Assembly (NCBI RefSeq): GCF_963921235.1
Contig: NC_086108.1
Span: 25,854,001 to 25,918,000, forward strand
Length of the DNA: 64,000 nt
DNA from: Mobula hypostoma
Lineage: Eukaryota
Direction of reading: 5' to 3'
The position numbers and the translations under genes were made by a program. This document shows positions 1 to 12,500 of this stretch, in pieces; position 1 is the stretch's first letter, and each line of letters begins with the position of its first letter. Under the pieces are notes generated by a model, which was not told the DNA's origin, made no database searches, and saw only the letters and a list, made by a program, of their open reading frames with translations.

Positions 1-118
1 ACTTCTGATCCCTCGATGAGGACTGGTGTCTGTTCACTCGTCTTACTCTTTCTGAAGTCCACAATCAATTCCTTGGCCTTACTGACATTGAATGCAAGGT
101 TGTTGCTGTGACACCGCT
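1..118 (-). mobile_element. Rex1/Babar LINE RT fragment
   Basis: Minus strand reads CHSNNLAFNVSKAKELIVDFRKSKTSEQTPVLIEGSE, the same motif as the other Rex1-type copies in the window. Confidence 0.75.
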
Positions 119-162
119 CAATTATATGCCTTTTTGTCATCATCTGAATGTCCGTTTGGTGC

Positions 163-365
163 TTCCTGCTCCTTCCCCTTTCCCTTCTCCTATTTCCAAT
201 TATGATTCCCCTCTCCCTTCCCCCTTCCCACTCGCAGTTCACATAGAGATCCTGATCTCCGGTTTATCATTACTCACATGTCATGAAATTTGACTTTTTT
301 GTGGCAGCAGTACTGTGCAATACATAAAATTACTACAGTACTTCGGAAAAGTCAGGCAGCCTACA
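163..365. mobile_element. Partial copy of the Tc1-like MITE at 16826-17284
   Basis: Shares GATTCCCCTCTCCC...GCAGCAGTAC.GTGCAATACATAAAATTACTACA with 17060-17240. Confidence 0.55.
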
Positions 366-771
366 TATAATTCTAATATCCATCATTTAACATTGTGAGA
401 TACAGATATTTAATACCAAAATATCCTAGCAATCTGATAAGTATTTAATAGAACTGGGCACATTGACCAAAACAGATCAACCAACTTGTAATTCATTTCT
501 ATGAAAATTTGACCATCCATTCTTTTGACAGAACCTGATGACTTGCCAACCATAATTTCACTTCAGTTAGCATTTTTATCTTTGTAAAATATCTGTATTT
601 GTGAACTCAATGCAGATAAACACTCGGCTCTCTAGGTATGGCTCCTCGTTCGACCTTGCAGTGGTCAAGATGCCATTGTGACTAGACTGCTGAATGCTGA
701 GTACTTTCAGGAAATCATGGGTTCTAACACTGAAACTATGCCAGTTGTAAAGGTGACTCACACAGTAGGTA

Positions 772-1283
772 TCAACATGGCCAGTTTGAGCTTTGACTGC
801 CATGGCCCACACACTCCTGTTTTGGGTCAAGTGGATCAATTCATTGGTATTCATTTCCAGTTCTCTGGCTGCTGTCTCCATCATCATTTGTCTTTGTCTT
901 CCTCTTGCTTTCTTCCCTTCAATCGTTCCCATAATTACCGTGCATTTTTCTTTCCTAATCACATGTTCAATGAAGTTACGTTGCCTTTTCATGATCTCAT
1001 ACATTATTTCTCTTTTTGTATTTGCTCTGTTCATGACATCCTTGTTAGATATTCATTTCATCCATAATATTCTTTGCATCCTCCTCAAAAACCACATCTC
1101 TGCTGCTTCAATTCATTTCCTCATGTTACTAGATACTGTCAAACATTCTGAGCCATATAACATAACTGGATAAACGTAACATTTCAGTACTCTGAGGCGG
1201 GTTGTCATGCCTAGTTTAGTATTGGTCAGTATACTCTTCATTCTCGTAAAGATGTCTTTTGTTATCCCTATTCTTCTTTTGAC
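772..1283 (-). mobile_element. RTE-clade LINE 3' fragment
   Basis: ORF 576..1034 contains HVIRKE...MGTIEGKKARGRQR...NRSVW, the typical RTE C-terminus (G.I.GKR.RGRPR...DR..W). Confidence 0.75.
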
Positions 1284-1605
1284 AAATGGCCTTTCATTGC
1301 TAAAAACAATAACATATTGACAACCATACTGTTAATAATAAAAAACTTCAGTGCATAAGTCACTCAGTCTCTGAACTTTGGTTCAAATAACCCTTACCAT
1401 ATGTGGCTAATTATAATTTTTAGAACCACCGATCTCAAAATTCCCTCTTTCTTGCAATGATTACTTTAGAACCTCAACTCACTGATTTCAATCCTCTAGT
1501 AAAATCAGTGCAAAGAATAAAACTCTAATAATATTTTTGCATGTTCATTAAAGATATCACAGCCAACTGACAACGATTTAAAATTTTAAAAAAAAGGAAG
1601 CTGAC

Positions 1606-1793
1606 CATCACAGAAATGTGAAGGATTCGGAGTTCTTCCTCAGCAGAGTCTGATTCTGAGTAGATAGTTGGGATCAGGCCTGGTAAGCGATGAGCGATAT
1701 TTTGATGGTGAACATGGAAAAGCAAGGTCCCATTTTCCAGCCATTGTTGCCTCCAGCGAACATGGGGGATCTCGTCGGCATAGCCAGATATCT
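1606..1793 (-). CDS. ASTN1: Astrotactin-1 internal coding exon (second coding exon by homology)
   Basis: Encodes (E)[30 protein letters not shown]...[14 protein letters not shown]. This matches ASTN1 as recalled ([31 protein letters not shown]...[14 protein letters not shown]) better than ASTN2. Polypyrimidine tract plus TGCAG acceptor (AG at 1795-1794, phase 1); ATG|GTCAGC donor (GT at 1605-1604, phase 0); 188 bp. Confidence 0.95.
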
Positions 1794-2577
1794 CTGCAAG
1801 CAAAAAAAAAACAAAGATATTGATTGAGAATTTCATTGAAGAAAGTGGAAAGCCCAAAGCATGTTGAAAGCAATTTCAAATTTAATAATATAACAACACT
1901 TCAGCAAATGCAATAATATGTAATCTTTCCCCTGTACTCATGGTAACTTATTTATTGATTCAAACAAAAGAGAAGCTGGAAGCATCCCTGAACTTCAATT
2001 AAATTTCAATCAAAAACAAGTAAAAGATATTGAACTTTCAAATTACAGATTAGATGAGGTAAGAATTAATGGGCACTTGCATACTTCATTCAGCTAGTTG
2101 TCAACCCAAATCATGAAATAATAATGGGTAGTTCGATTATCATGAATAATATTCCTATAATAGGAAGAAATATTCAATCATGGCAGTGCTTTTCATTGCA
2201 ATAAGTAGAACATTAACTGTACACCCAAATCCATCATGTGAAATACACTCCAAGCACATTACTGGGCTATGTATCAACCAAGCAATATTCATGATGAGAC
2301 ATTGCAACAAGTTCCTTCAATTCCCCTCTATAGTGAAAATTCTACAGATTCTGCTCTGCACCTCTTCTGTACTGCCAAGTCCTAAATGTATATTTAATTT
2401 AATTCTAGGTACAAATAATAAAGTAAACATTTAGTTCAATATTGATGGACTCAGAAGTGTTCGATTTGTGCAGAGGTCAAGCATTGCAAGTTGTTAATTT
2501 GCTGAACATACAACATGCAAAATCTATACATATTTTAATAATCTTAATTGTAATGCACAATCCTATGGGAATCCAGA

Positions 2578-3075
2578 AGACCATAAGATATCGGAGCAAA
2601 ATTAGGCCATTTGGCCCATTGAGCCTGCTCTGCCATTTCATCATGGCTGATCCAATTTTCCTCTCAGCCCCAATCTCCTGTCTTCTCCCTGTATCCCCTC
2701 ATGCCCTGACCAATCAAGAATCTATCAACCTCGGCCTTAAGTATACAGTACATACAAACTTCGCTTCCACAGCTGCCTGTGGCAAAGAATTCCACTGATT
2801 CGCCACTCTCTGGCTAAAGAAATTCCTCCTCATCTCTATTCTAAAAGGACGTTCTCCTCTGAGACTGTGTCCCCTGGTCTGAGACTCTTCCACCATAGGA
2901 AACATCCTCTCCACATCCATCCTATCAAGGACTTTCACCATTCAATAGGTTTCAATGAAGTCACCTCCCATTCTTCTGAATTCTAGTGAATACAGCCCTA
3001 GAGCCATCAGATGCTGTTCACATGACAAGCTATTCAATCCTGGAATCATATTTGTGAACCTCCTCTGAACCCTTA
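2578..3075 (-). mobile_element. CR1 LINE 3' end
   Basis: Reads RVQRRFTNMIPGL...LGLYSLEFRRMGGDFIETY / TRGHSL...RRNFFSQRVANQWNSLP, followed by the 3' UTR and a TATGG-type tail. Confidence 0.9.
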
Positions 3076-3169
3076 TTAAAGTTACATATGATGGAATGAA
3101 ATCAAAAGGAGAGAATAGAAAGGACTTCAGGCTTTTAGGTGGTGAAAAGAGAACAATGCGGAATCTGAA

Positions 3170-3312
3170 ACACAAGAAACTCTGCAGATGCTGGAAATCT
3201 AAAACAACATACACACGCACACACAGAATGCTGGAGGAACTCAGCAGGTCAGGAACCATCTGTGGAAATGATAGTCAACATTCTGGGCTGAGACCCTTCT
3301 TCAGGACTGGAC
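3170..3312 (-). mobile_element. Penelope-like terminal repeat, decayed hammerhead
   Basis: Minus strand CAGTC-CTGAAGA-AGGGTCTCAGCCC-AGAA-TG-TT-GACTA; same family as 36269-36408, with the GAAA box mutated. Confidence 0.75.
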
Positions 3313-3786
3313 TAAGGAATCTTTCCTTTTTTTTTGGAATGATTCAGTACCTATTCTAAAATTAAATGTATGTCAAAGGCTTTTAATTCAGTAAAAAAAA
3401 GTAATTTAATGACAAATGATTTTCTGGAAGACGATTATATAGAGACAAAATTATAAAACGAGTCTCAACAATGGGGACTAATTTGAAACTATTTATGCAT
3501 CTGAAATTAAAAAATCAATAGTCAGATCAATGTGCAAATGGAAGAATTAAACAAAACTCAGCAAATTCATAATAATTCAGTAAAGATTCAATTGGCAATT
3601 ATTTTCTCCTTGTCTCTACCAGAGACACATACCAGAAACATTAGAGAAGATAAGATGGACACTATTGTGATACACTGCAATTTGTCAATCAGGCAACAGT
3701 CTTCATCAAAACTCACATAAAAATGGGAGCTATTTGTACTAAGTACATGCTTATTCACCCATTTCAACTACAGAAGGACCTACTCT

Positions 3787-6573
3787 TGGATACATACATG
3801 GAATTATGATGTAGTGGCCAATACAGAGACTTGGCTGGCACCAGGGCAGGAATGGATTCTCAATATTCCTGGATTTCAGTGCTTTAAAAGGGATAGAGAG
3901 GGCGGAAAAAGGGGAGGAGGTGTGGCATTACTGGTCAGGGATACTACTACAGCTACAGAAAGGGTGGGTAATGTAGCAGGATCCTCTTTTGAGTCAATAT
4001 GGGTGGAATTTAGGGACAGGAAGGGAGCAGTTACTCTATTGGGGTATTCTATAGACCCCCTGGTATCAGCAGAGATACAGAGTAGCAGATTGGGAGGCAG
4101 ATTTTGGAAAGGTGAAAAAATAACAGGGTTGTTATCATGGGTGACTCTAACTTCCCTAATATTGATTGGCACCTAATTAGTTCCAAGGGTTTAGATGGTG
4201 CAGAGTTTGTTAAGTGTGTCCAGGACGGATTCCTGTCACAGTATGTGGACAGGCCGACTGGGGGGAATGCCATACTAGATCTAGTACGAGGTAATGTACT
4301 GGGTCAGGTCACAGTTCTCTCAGTGGGTGAGCATCTGGGTGACAGTGACCATCGCTCCCTGGCCTTTAGCATTATCATGGAAAAGGATAGAATCAGAGAG
4401 GGTAGGAACATTTTTAATTGGGGAAGGGCAAATTATGAGGCTATAAGGCTAGAACTTGCGGGTATGAATTGGGATGATGTTTTTGCAGGGAAATGTACTA
4501 TGGACATGTCAATGTTTGGAGATCTCTTGCAGGATGTTAGGGGTAAATTTGTCCCGGTGAGGAAGATAAAGAATGGTAGGATGAAAGAAGCATGGGTGAC
4601 AAGTGAGGTGAAAAATCTAGTCAGGTGGAAGAAGGCAGCATACATGAGGTTTAGGAAGCAAGGATCAGATGGGTCTATTGAGGAATATAGGGAAGCAAGA
4701 AAGAAGCTTAAGAAGGGGCTGAGAAGAGCAAGAAGGGGGCATGAGAAGGCCTTGGTGAGTAGGGCAAAGGAAAACCCCAAGGAATTCTTCAATTATGTGA
4801 ATAAAAAAAGGATGACAGGAGTGAAGGTAGGACTAATTAGAGATAAAGGTGGGAAGATGTGCCTGGACGCTGTGGAAGAGAGCGAGGTCCTCAATGAATA
4901 CTTCTCTTCGATATTCACCAATGAGAGGGAATTTGATGATGGTGAGGACAATATGGATGAGGTTGATGTTGTGGAGCATGTTGATATTAAGGGAGAGGAG
5001 GTGTTGGAGCTGTTAAAATACATTAGGACGAATAAGTCCCCGGGGCCTGACAGAATATTCCTCAGGCTGCTCCACGAGGCGAGGGAAGAGATTGCTGAGC
5101 CTCTGGCTAGGGTCTTTATGTCCTCGTTGTCCACGGGAATGGTACCAGAGGATTGGAGGGAGGCGAATGTTGTCACCTTGTTCAAAAAAGTTAGTAGGGA
5201 TAGTCTGGGTGATTATAGACCAGTGAGCCTTATGTCTGTGGTGGGAAAGCTGTTGGAAAAGATTCTTAGAGATAGGATCTATGGGCATTTAGAGAATCAT
5301 GGTCAGAACAGGGACAGTGAGCATGGCTTTGTGAAAGGCAGATCCTCTCCAACAAGCCTGATAGAGTTTTTTGAGGAGGTGACCAGGCATATAGATGAGG
5401 GTAGTGCAGTGGATGTGATCAATATGGATTTTAGTAAGGCATTTGTCAAGGTTCCACACAGTAGGCTTATTCAGAAAGTCAGAAGGCATGGGATCCAGGG
5501 AAGTTTGGCCAGGTGGATTCAGAATTGGCTTGCCTGCAGAAGGCAGAGGGTGGTGGTGGAAGGGGTACATTCAGATTGGAGGATTGTGACTAGTGGTGTC
5601 CCACAAGGATCTGTTCTGGGACCTCTACTTTTTGTGATTTTTATTAATGACCTGGATGTTGGGGTAGAAGGGCGGGTTGGCAAGTTTGCAGACGACACAA
5701 AGGTTGGTTGTGTTGTAGATCGTGTAGAGGATTGTCAAAGATTGCAGAGGGACATTGATAGGATGCAAAAGTGCCAGATGGAGTTCAACCCGGAGAAGTG
5801 TGAGGTGGTACATTTTGAAAGGATAAACTCCAAGGCAGAGTACAAAGTAAATGGCTGGATACTTGGTAGTGTGGAGGAGCAGAGGGATCTGGGGGTACAT
5901 GTCCACAGATCCCTGAAAGTTGCCTCACAGGTGGATAGGGTAGTTAAGAAAGCTTATGGGGTGTTAGCTTTCATAAGTCGAGGGATAGAGTTTAAGAGTC
6001 GCGATGTAATGATGCAGCTCTATAAAACTCTGGTTAGGCCACACTTGGAGTACTGTGTCCAGTTCTGGTCACCTCACTATAGGAAGGATGTGGAAGCATT
6101 GGAAAGGGTACAGAGGAGATTTACCAGGATGCTGCCTGGTTTAGAGAGTATGCATTATGATCAGAGATTAAGGGAGCTAAAGCTTTACTCTTTGGAGAGA
6201 AGGAGGATGAGAGGAGACATGATAGAAGTGTACAAGATAATAAGAGGAATAGATAGAGTGGATAGCCAGTGCCTCTTCCCCAGGGCACCACTGCTCAATA
6301 CAAGAGGACATGGCTTTAAGGTAAGGGGTAGGAAGTTCAAAGGGGATATTAGAGGAAGGTTTTTTACTCAGAGAGTGGTTGGTGCGTGGAATGCACTGCC
6401 TGAGTCAATGGTGGAGGCAGATACACTAGTGAAGTTTAAGAGACTACTGGACAGGTATATGGAGGAATTTAAGTTGGGGGGCTTATATGGGAGGCAGGGT
6501 TTGAGGGTCGACACAAAATTGTGGGCCGAAGGGCCTGTACTGTGCTGTACTGTTCTATGTTCTATGTTCTATG
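3787..6573 (+). mobile_element. 5'-truncated CR1 LINE (APE endonuclease + RT)
   Basis: EN motifs (TETW, RDREGGKRGGGVALLV, GDSNFP, SDH), RT domain, (TTCTATG)n tail; possible TSD TACTCT at 3781-3786 and 6574-6579. Confidence 0.95.
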
Positions 6574-6584
6574 TACTCTCATGA
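4137..6584 (+). pseudogene. CR1 ORF2 remnant, 815-aa open frame
   Basis: Contains KSPGPD, YRPVSL, GVPQGSVLGP and KFADDTK. The EN N-terminus is in another frame (3814..4176), and the normal stop is lost by read-through into the tail. Confidence 0.9.
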
Positions 6585-9026
6585 GAAGAGGATAGGTTAG
6601 AAAATCTTTGGGAAAATAAAGACAAAAGAGTCTAAAGCTGATTGACAAAATATTCAAACAAATAATCATAAACCCAGTTTCATTTTCAACCAGATGGTTT
6701 GTGCCTTTCAGCCTTTTTTTCTGTTGATCTAAGTCAAAACTTACTGTTGAACTATTTTACAAAATGTTATGTTGAAAATATTAACGAGAATCATCTAATG
6801 CGGTCAGCTTTATAACAAACTTTAGTCATTTGCTCATAGAGTATGCTAGAATAAGTGTTTATATTTTCAGATCTATTAAATAACATAATGAAGAAAATCA
6901 TGCCTTATGGAATTTATTATAAGGCAGGATTTTCTGCAAGAACAAGGCTGAGCCAATTTTTTGTACCACAACATAGAGAAAATTGACTTACTGATGTAAA
7001 CTGACTTTAAATAAGTTTCTTTTTCTTAAAATAAATAAATTAATTTACTGCATATATAACGTCTCAGTGTGCAATGGGTAGCGCAACATTAAATAAATCT
7101 GTAGGGTTACTTTCAATTACTAAGTTAAGTGACCTTAGTCAGAACTGTAATCTTTAATTCTCTTGTTGGCCTGTAATATCCTTATCAGTTCTCAGGGTAG
7201 TAATCCCAATCATTCCATTTTCCTCTGCTTATTTTCCTTGACCTCTAGAACTCTTGGAAACATGGAAGAATGAAGATGCTGCAATCTGGAACTAGAACCA
7301 AAATTCTGGAGGAATTGTGTGGTACCTGACCCACTGAGTTCCTCCAGCATCTTGTTCCTTTCTCCTGGAACTCATAGAGGACGTACAAATCTATGGGCTA
7401 GGCAGAATGAGCAGAGATGAAAATAAGCTTAAATTCTAATAACCATAGTTGAATAAGGGAATTAACTTTATTATTTGCCTTTCACTTCAAGAGCTTCGGG
7501 GTCAAATGACAGTCTGAGTAATGGAACGGAAGCGTTTTCTGCAAAGTTGTAGAATGCTTGGGAATGCTGGGTAAAGGCAGGTTGTGTTTAAGAGGTGAAT
7601 TTCTTTGTGACCTTCACTGTGTGAGATTATGCACTTAAATTGATCACTTAAGTGAATTTGTTGGCCATCAGCAGTTGAGAAGCTGTCAATACTTACAGCA
7701 GGTGACTGAAGAAAATATAAAGCCGAAGTAGAAATCAAAAGTCTGTTGTTTCCACAAAATAATTAATCATATTATTTGATTATTTCTCTTGAGTTCAGAC
7801 ATAATCCTCATTTCAAAAGTTTTCATAATTTTTCATGTCATTAGTCATAGGTTTTCATAATTACAGCAATAAAGATAATTGTATTAAATACTAGCATTAT
7901 AATTTTACAATGACTAGGTCACATACAATTAAAGAAAATGCTATATTCCCGTCCAGTATTATTGAATACCACCATTAACAAAGAATGCAGATGAGAATTA
8001 TTGTTTCTTGAAATGCAGAAGTACCAATATCTGTTTGTACCATTACAGCATCATAAAGAGCTAAAACATGCAGACATGCCTTTCAGCCCACCATGTCTTC
8101 AATAGCCATCAACTACCCTCTTGTACCGATCCTACATTAACCCTACTTGTTATTCACCACACTCACATCAACTCGCCCCAGATCCTACCGCTCAGCAACA
8201 CACCAGGGACACTATATAGTATCCAATTATTCTACAAACCACACTGTCTTTGAGATATGGGAGGAAATTGGAGCTTTGGTGCTGTGAGACAGTGGCTCAA
8301 CTAACTGTGCCTCTGTATGACAAAACAATGAAGGAGAATGGAGAAGACAAGAGTTCTACTGGTCTCTCTAAACCTACTGAGCTCAAACAGATATATTCCA
8401 CTGATAGTAAAGGATCATTCCAAACAATAAAATAAGAAATTGTCTTGTTCTGTCTTTTATGGTTGACAGTCAGATGTTTTTGCATCCACAAAGAATATTA
8501 ACAAGTATGAAAGGATAAGATAAAAATCAGTTTCTATTTGTTTCAGAGATGTCGTTTTCATTTGATCCAGTGGAAGGATTAATGTTGATCTGCCCAGTGC
8601 CATGACATCCAACAAAATGATCTAAAGAAAGGATTTATTATTACTATAGACAGGACAAATGGAACTGCTTGAACTTGTCACAACTAAAGGTAGAACAAAA
8701 TCAAACGTAGGCCATCCAATCACTAATTCCGGTGACGAGCTGGTGGTGATTTAGTTTCCAATTATTGACAAGCTGGAAAAAGCCTCATCAAATCCAATTA
8801 CAAGGAGAATGGAAACAATTGGCTGAGGACTTACTGAGATATGACGTTTCAAATACTGATCTTTTATCTTGACAAAATTAGATCATTCTAAACCCTAACT
8901 GTCCATATTGGGTAAAAAATGTAATTGTAATGCTGCCGCTGTAAATACATTAAAAGTTCAAAGTAAGTTCATTATGAAAGTACTTATACGTCACTATGTG
9001 AAACCTGAGATTTATTTTCTTGCGGG

Positions 9027-9990
9027 TGTAATGCTCTGGTTAAGATTTCTACTGCTATACTGTGAGGTAGTTTATATCAGCAGTTTTCTGTAAAAGCAGT
9101 GTGCCATGCTGGAAAGCGTCTTTTGGCTTCGGCTAGGACCCAGGTTGTCCAACTTAGGAATGTAATTCAGCCAGTCAAGGTTGTGGGATGTGAGAGAAGG
9201 TTCTAGAGAGCAGTGAGGAAGAGTTTTCTAAAGGACAGTGGTCTGGTTTGAAGTCTTTTAGGCAGTAGTTGAAGAGGAGGGACAGAAGGGAAGATGTTGC
9301 AGAATGCTGTTGGACGGACAGGCAGCTGATTGGCCCCAAGCAGGAAGGGCCCATACTACAGAGAGAGAGAGAGAGAGCCAGTTTGTTTGAGATGGTCTTT
9401 GAGGGGAGTTCAAAATTTGGTGGGTGTTTTCGCGCAGACCATGAGTCCAGCGTATGAGTAAGAGATACACCCCTGAATACTCCAGTATGAGCTCCAATGT
9501 TTACGTGCACATTTTCCCTTCTGTCCTGGTCCTCAGCTCCCATCAAAAAGACCCCAAACCAGACCACTATCCTTTAGAAAACTCTTCCCCACAGCTCTCT
9601 GGAACCTTCTCTCACATCCCACAACCTTGATTGGCTGACTCACATTCCTAAGTTGGACAACGTGGTTTAACTGTAATGGGACTTTTTCTTTTCTTTTCTT
9701 TTTCCTATTAACTTTTGATAAAGCTGAAGGTGGTGAATACAGTTTCCTTGTAATTTTATACGGTGTGCAATCTGTTACTTCTTGTCACCTGATAATTGTA
9801 TTATGGCAGTACTTATACAGCATTTGCTTAAATGGAGGTTCCATTAATTGGAACATCCCAACTTTCTTGATCAGCTGAACCCAAATCATACTGGCCTTAG
9901 ACGGATAGTGTTTTATAAAGCTGGCCTTCTCACCGCTGAATCCCACGGCTGTTAGCCAAGTTTGCATACAAGCTCGGTGAGAGGGTTATA
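9027..9990. mobile_element. Solo LTR (Gypsy-like) with an internal inverted duplication
   Basis: TGTAA...TTATA (decayed TTACA) termini; flanks CGGG/CAGG (3 of 4 match); interrupts the Rex1 tail sequence TTCTTGC.GGCATAC. Confidence 0.65.
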
Positions 9991-10081
9991 CAGGCATACA
10001 CATTAGATCCAAGAAACATAATAGAATCAACAAAAACCACACCAAATAGCACGGGCAAACAACCAATGTGTAAATGACAAC

Positions 10082-10938
10082 TGTTACGTACCCCGTAACT
10101 GGGTTGCCAAACCAGCAGAAATGGATCACTCAGTTGGAGTCTGGAGTACTAGAACTAAGAAAGTTTTATTAAAGAAACAAGCAACACAGTAATCGAAAGG
10201 ATAATAAATGCAACAATTCAACAATGATAACCACACATGTGCACAGAATTAAGATAACAGCATCAATCAAGCTCTATCGTTGTCTAGGGGTAAATGACCA
10301 ATTTCAAAATTACTCAAAGTTCAGTCCAGTTAGTAGTTCAGTTCGCAGTAATCATTGCCATGGCGGTGGACAACGTGGGGGAAGAGAGAGATAGAATAGG
10401 AACAACTGATCATTCAGAACGGCTTCACTCACAGACCAGCGGGATGGCTCACAAACAGCATTTGGGCGGGTCCTTGGTGATGTCACCTGAGGTCACCGAC
10501 TGTGACCCCTCCTCCAGATGCGGTCGATCCTCTGCAGTGAACCCGGCACCCAGGCAAGGGCGGACACACACCGGGTTCCCGCTGATCGTACCTTTCCACC
10601 CTTGTCGTTGTCTGGCACTTCTCACCCACTCGTGAGAGGCGCACCGCTTCCAGGGTCTCGTTACCTCGGGTGGCGTGTGTGTCGCCTTAGCGAACCTGTC
10701 CCTTTTTATCCCCCTGCTGGGGTATCGCCTGTCCATCACTTCAAACAGTTCAGGGTTCAAAGGGGGAGCCGCTCCAGACAGCTCCCTCTCCCACGTCCCT
10801 CCATTACACATCTCCAGACGCTGCTCCATTGTTCCTTATCTCTCCTTCCCCTGAGGGCAGGTGGCAGACCAACTGCTGATGCCACTGATGCTAGCCCAGG
10901 CCAGCAAACATCTTAATTTTAGGTGTATTCTCGTAACA
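10082..10938 (-). mobile_element. Solo LTR (Gypsy-like), 857 bp
   Basis: TGTTACG...CGTAACA inverted termini; perfect 4-bp TSD CAAC (10078-10081, 10939-10942); minus-strand AATAAA near 10165; CpG-rich. Confidence 0.85.
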
Positions 10939-11764
10939 CAACAAACTGTGCAAACAGAAAAGAGAAAATGTAATAATAATAAACAAATATACAGTATATT
11001 TATATATTTATATATCAAGAAAATGAGATGAAGAGTCCTTGAAAAAGAGTCTCTAGGTTGTGGGAACAGTTCAGTGATGGGGCTGGTAAAGCTGAGTGAG
11101 GCTACCCTCTCTGGATCAAGAGCATGATGGCTAACTGTTCCTGAACCTGGTGATGCGGGTCCGAAGGATTCTGTACCTTCTTCTTGACGGAAGCATCCAG
11201 AGGATGATGGATGCTGCTTTCCTGTGATAGCGTTCCGTGTAGCTGTCTTAATGGTGGGGTGGACTTCACCCAGGATGAACTGGGCTGTATCCACTACTTT
11301 TTTTTAGGATTTTCTGTTCAAGGACTTTGGTGCTTCCTTACCAGGCCATGATGCAACCAACCAAGATCCTGACTATCACACATTTATCAAAGTTTGTCTA
11401 AGTTTTAGATGTTATATCGAATCTGAGCAAACTTCTCTGGAAGTCGAGGCAGTACCATGCTTTTGTTGTAATTGCACTTACATGCTGTTCCCAGGACATA
11501 TCCTATGAAATGATAACACCAAGGAATTTAAAGTTGCTGACCTTCTCCATCTCTAATCCCCACTGAGGACTGTCTGATGGACCTCCAGTTTGCTCCTCCT
11601 GTTGTCAATAATCAGCTTCTTGGTCTTGCTAGCATTGAATTAGAGATTGTTGTGGTACTACTCAGCTTGTCACCAGCTTTGACTCAGCCAATGACAATGG
11701 TGTCATCATGAAACTTAAATATGAAGGATACTCGATAACTGTAGCACAGCTTGAATGCTATTAC

Positions 11765-12500
11765 CTCTTACAAAGTGAAACCAAGTGACATAAGTGACAA
11801 CAAAGTTTTGCTCCAGATGAGCTCAATGCTTTTATGCATGATTGGACCGTTGAAATGTACAAGAAACTTCATGACCTCCCACAGCCCTCAGTGACTCTGA
11901 TATTTCAGTCTCTGAGGCTGATGAGAGAACATGCTTCAAGAGGTGAACCCGCAGAAAACATCTGACCCAGATTACTAAAGACCAGTGTTGATCAACTGAC
12001 GGGAGTGTTCACTGATATCCTTAACCTCTCGCTTCGTCAATCTCAGGTACGCACCTGCTTCAAGTAGGCTTCAATTGGACTGGTGTCCAAGAAGAATATG
12101 GTAATCTGCCTCAATGACTATTGTCCAGTAGCACTGACATCCACAGTGATGAAGTGCTTTACGAGGCCGGTGATGAAACATATCAACCCCTGCCTGAGCA
12201 GCAACTTGGATCCATTCCAATTTGCCAACTGTCACAACAGGTTCACACCAGATGCCATTTCATTGGCTCTTCACTCAACACTGGAACATCTGGACAGCAA
12301 AGATGCCTACATCAGGATGTTCTTTAAGGACTACAGCTCAGCATTCAATGCCATCATCCCCTCATCCTCTCAAAACTAAGCTTCAGGACCTTGACCTCAA
12401 TACCTCCTTGTGCAATTGGGTTCTTGATTTCTTCACTTGCAGCCCCCAACCTGCTTGGATTGGCAAGAGCATCTCTTCCACAATTTTAATCAGCAAAGGT
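11765..12500 (+). mobile_element. Rex1/Babar LINE RT fragment
   Basis: Reads [18 protein letters not shown]...LDPFQFA...[15 protein letters not shown]...[14 protein letters not shown]. Confidence 0.85.

Larger units (their letters stand above)
8953..11725 (-). mobile_element. Rex1/Babar LINE 3' part, interrupted by two solo LTRs
   Basis: The AAAGTTCAAAGT tail at ~8953 joins 9991-10081 and 10939-11725 once the LTRs are removed; degenerate RT motifs near 11500-11720. Confidence 0.75.

Noticed and set aside
1525..1857. The 110-aa ORF as a stand-alone gene
   Set aside because: Only 1606-1793 is ASTN1-like and bounded by splice sites; the rest is intron read in frame.
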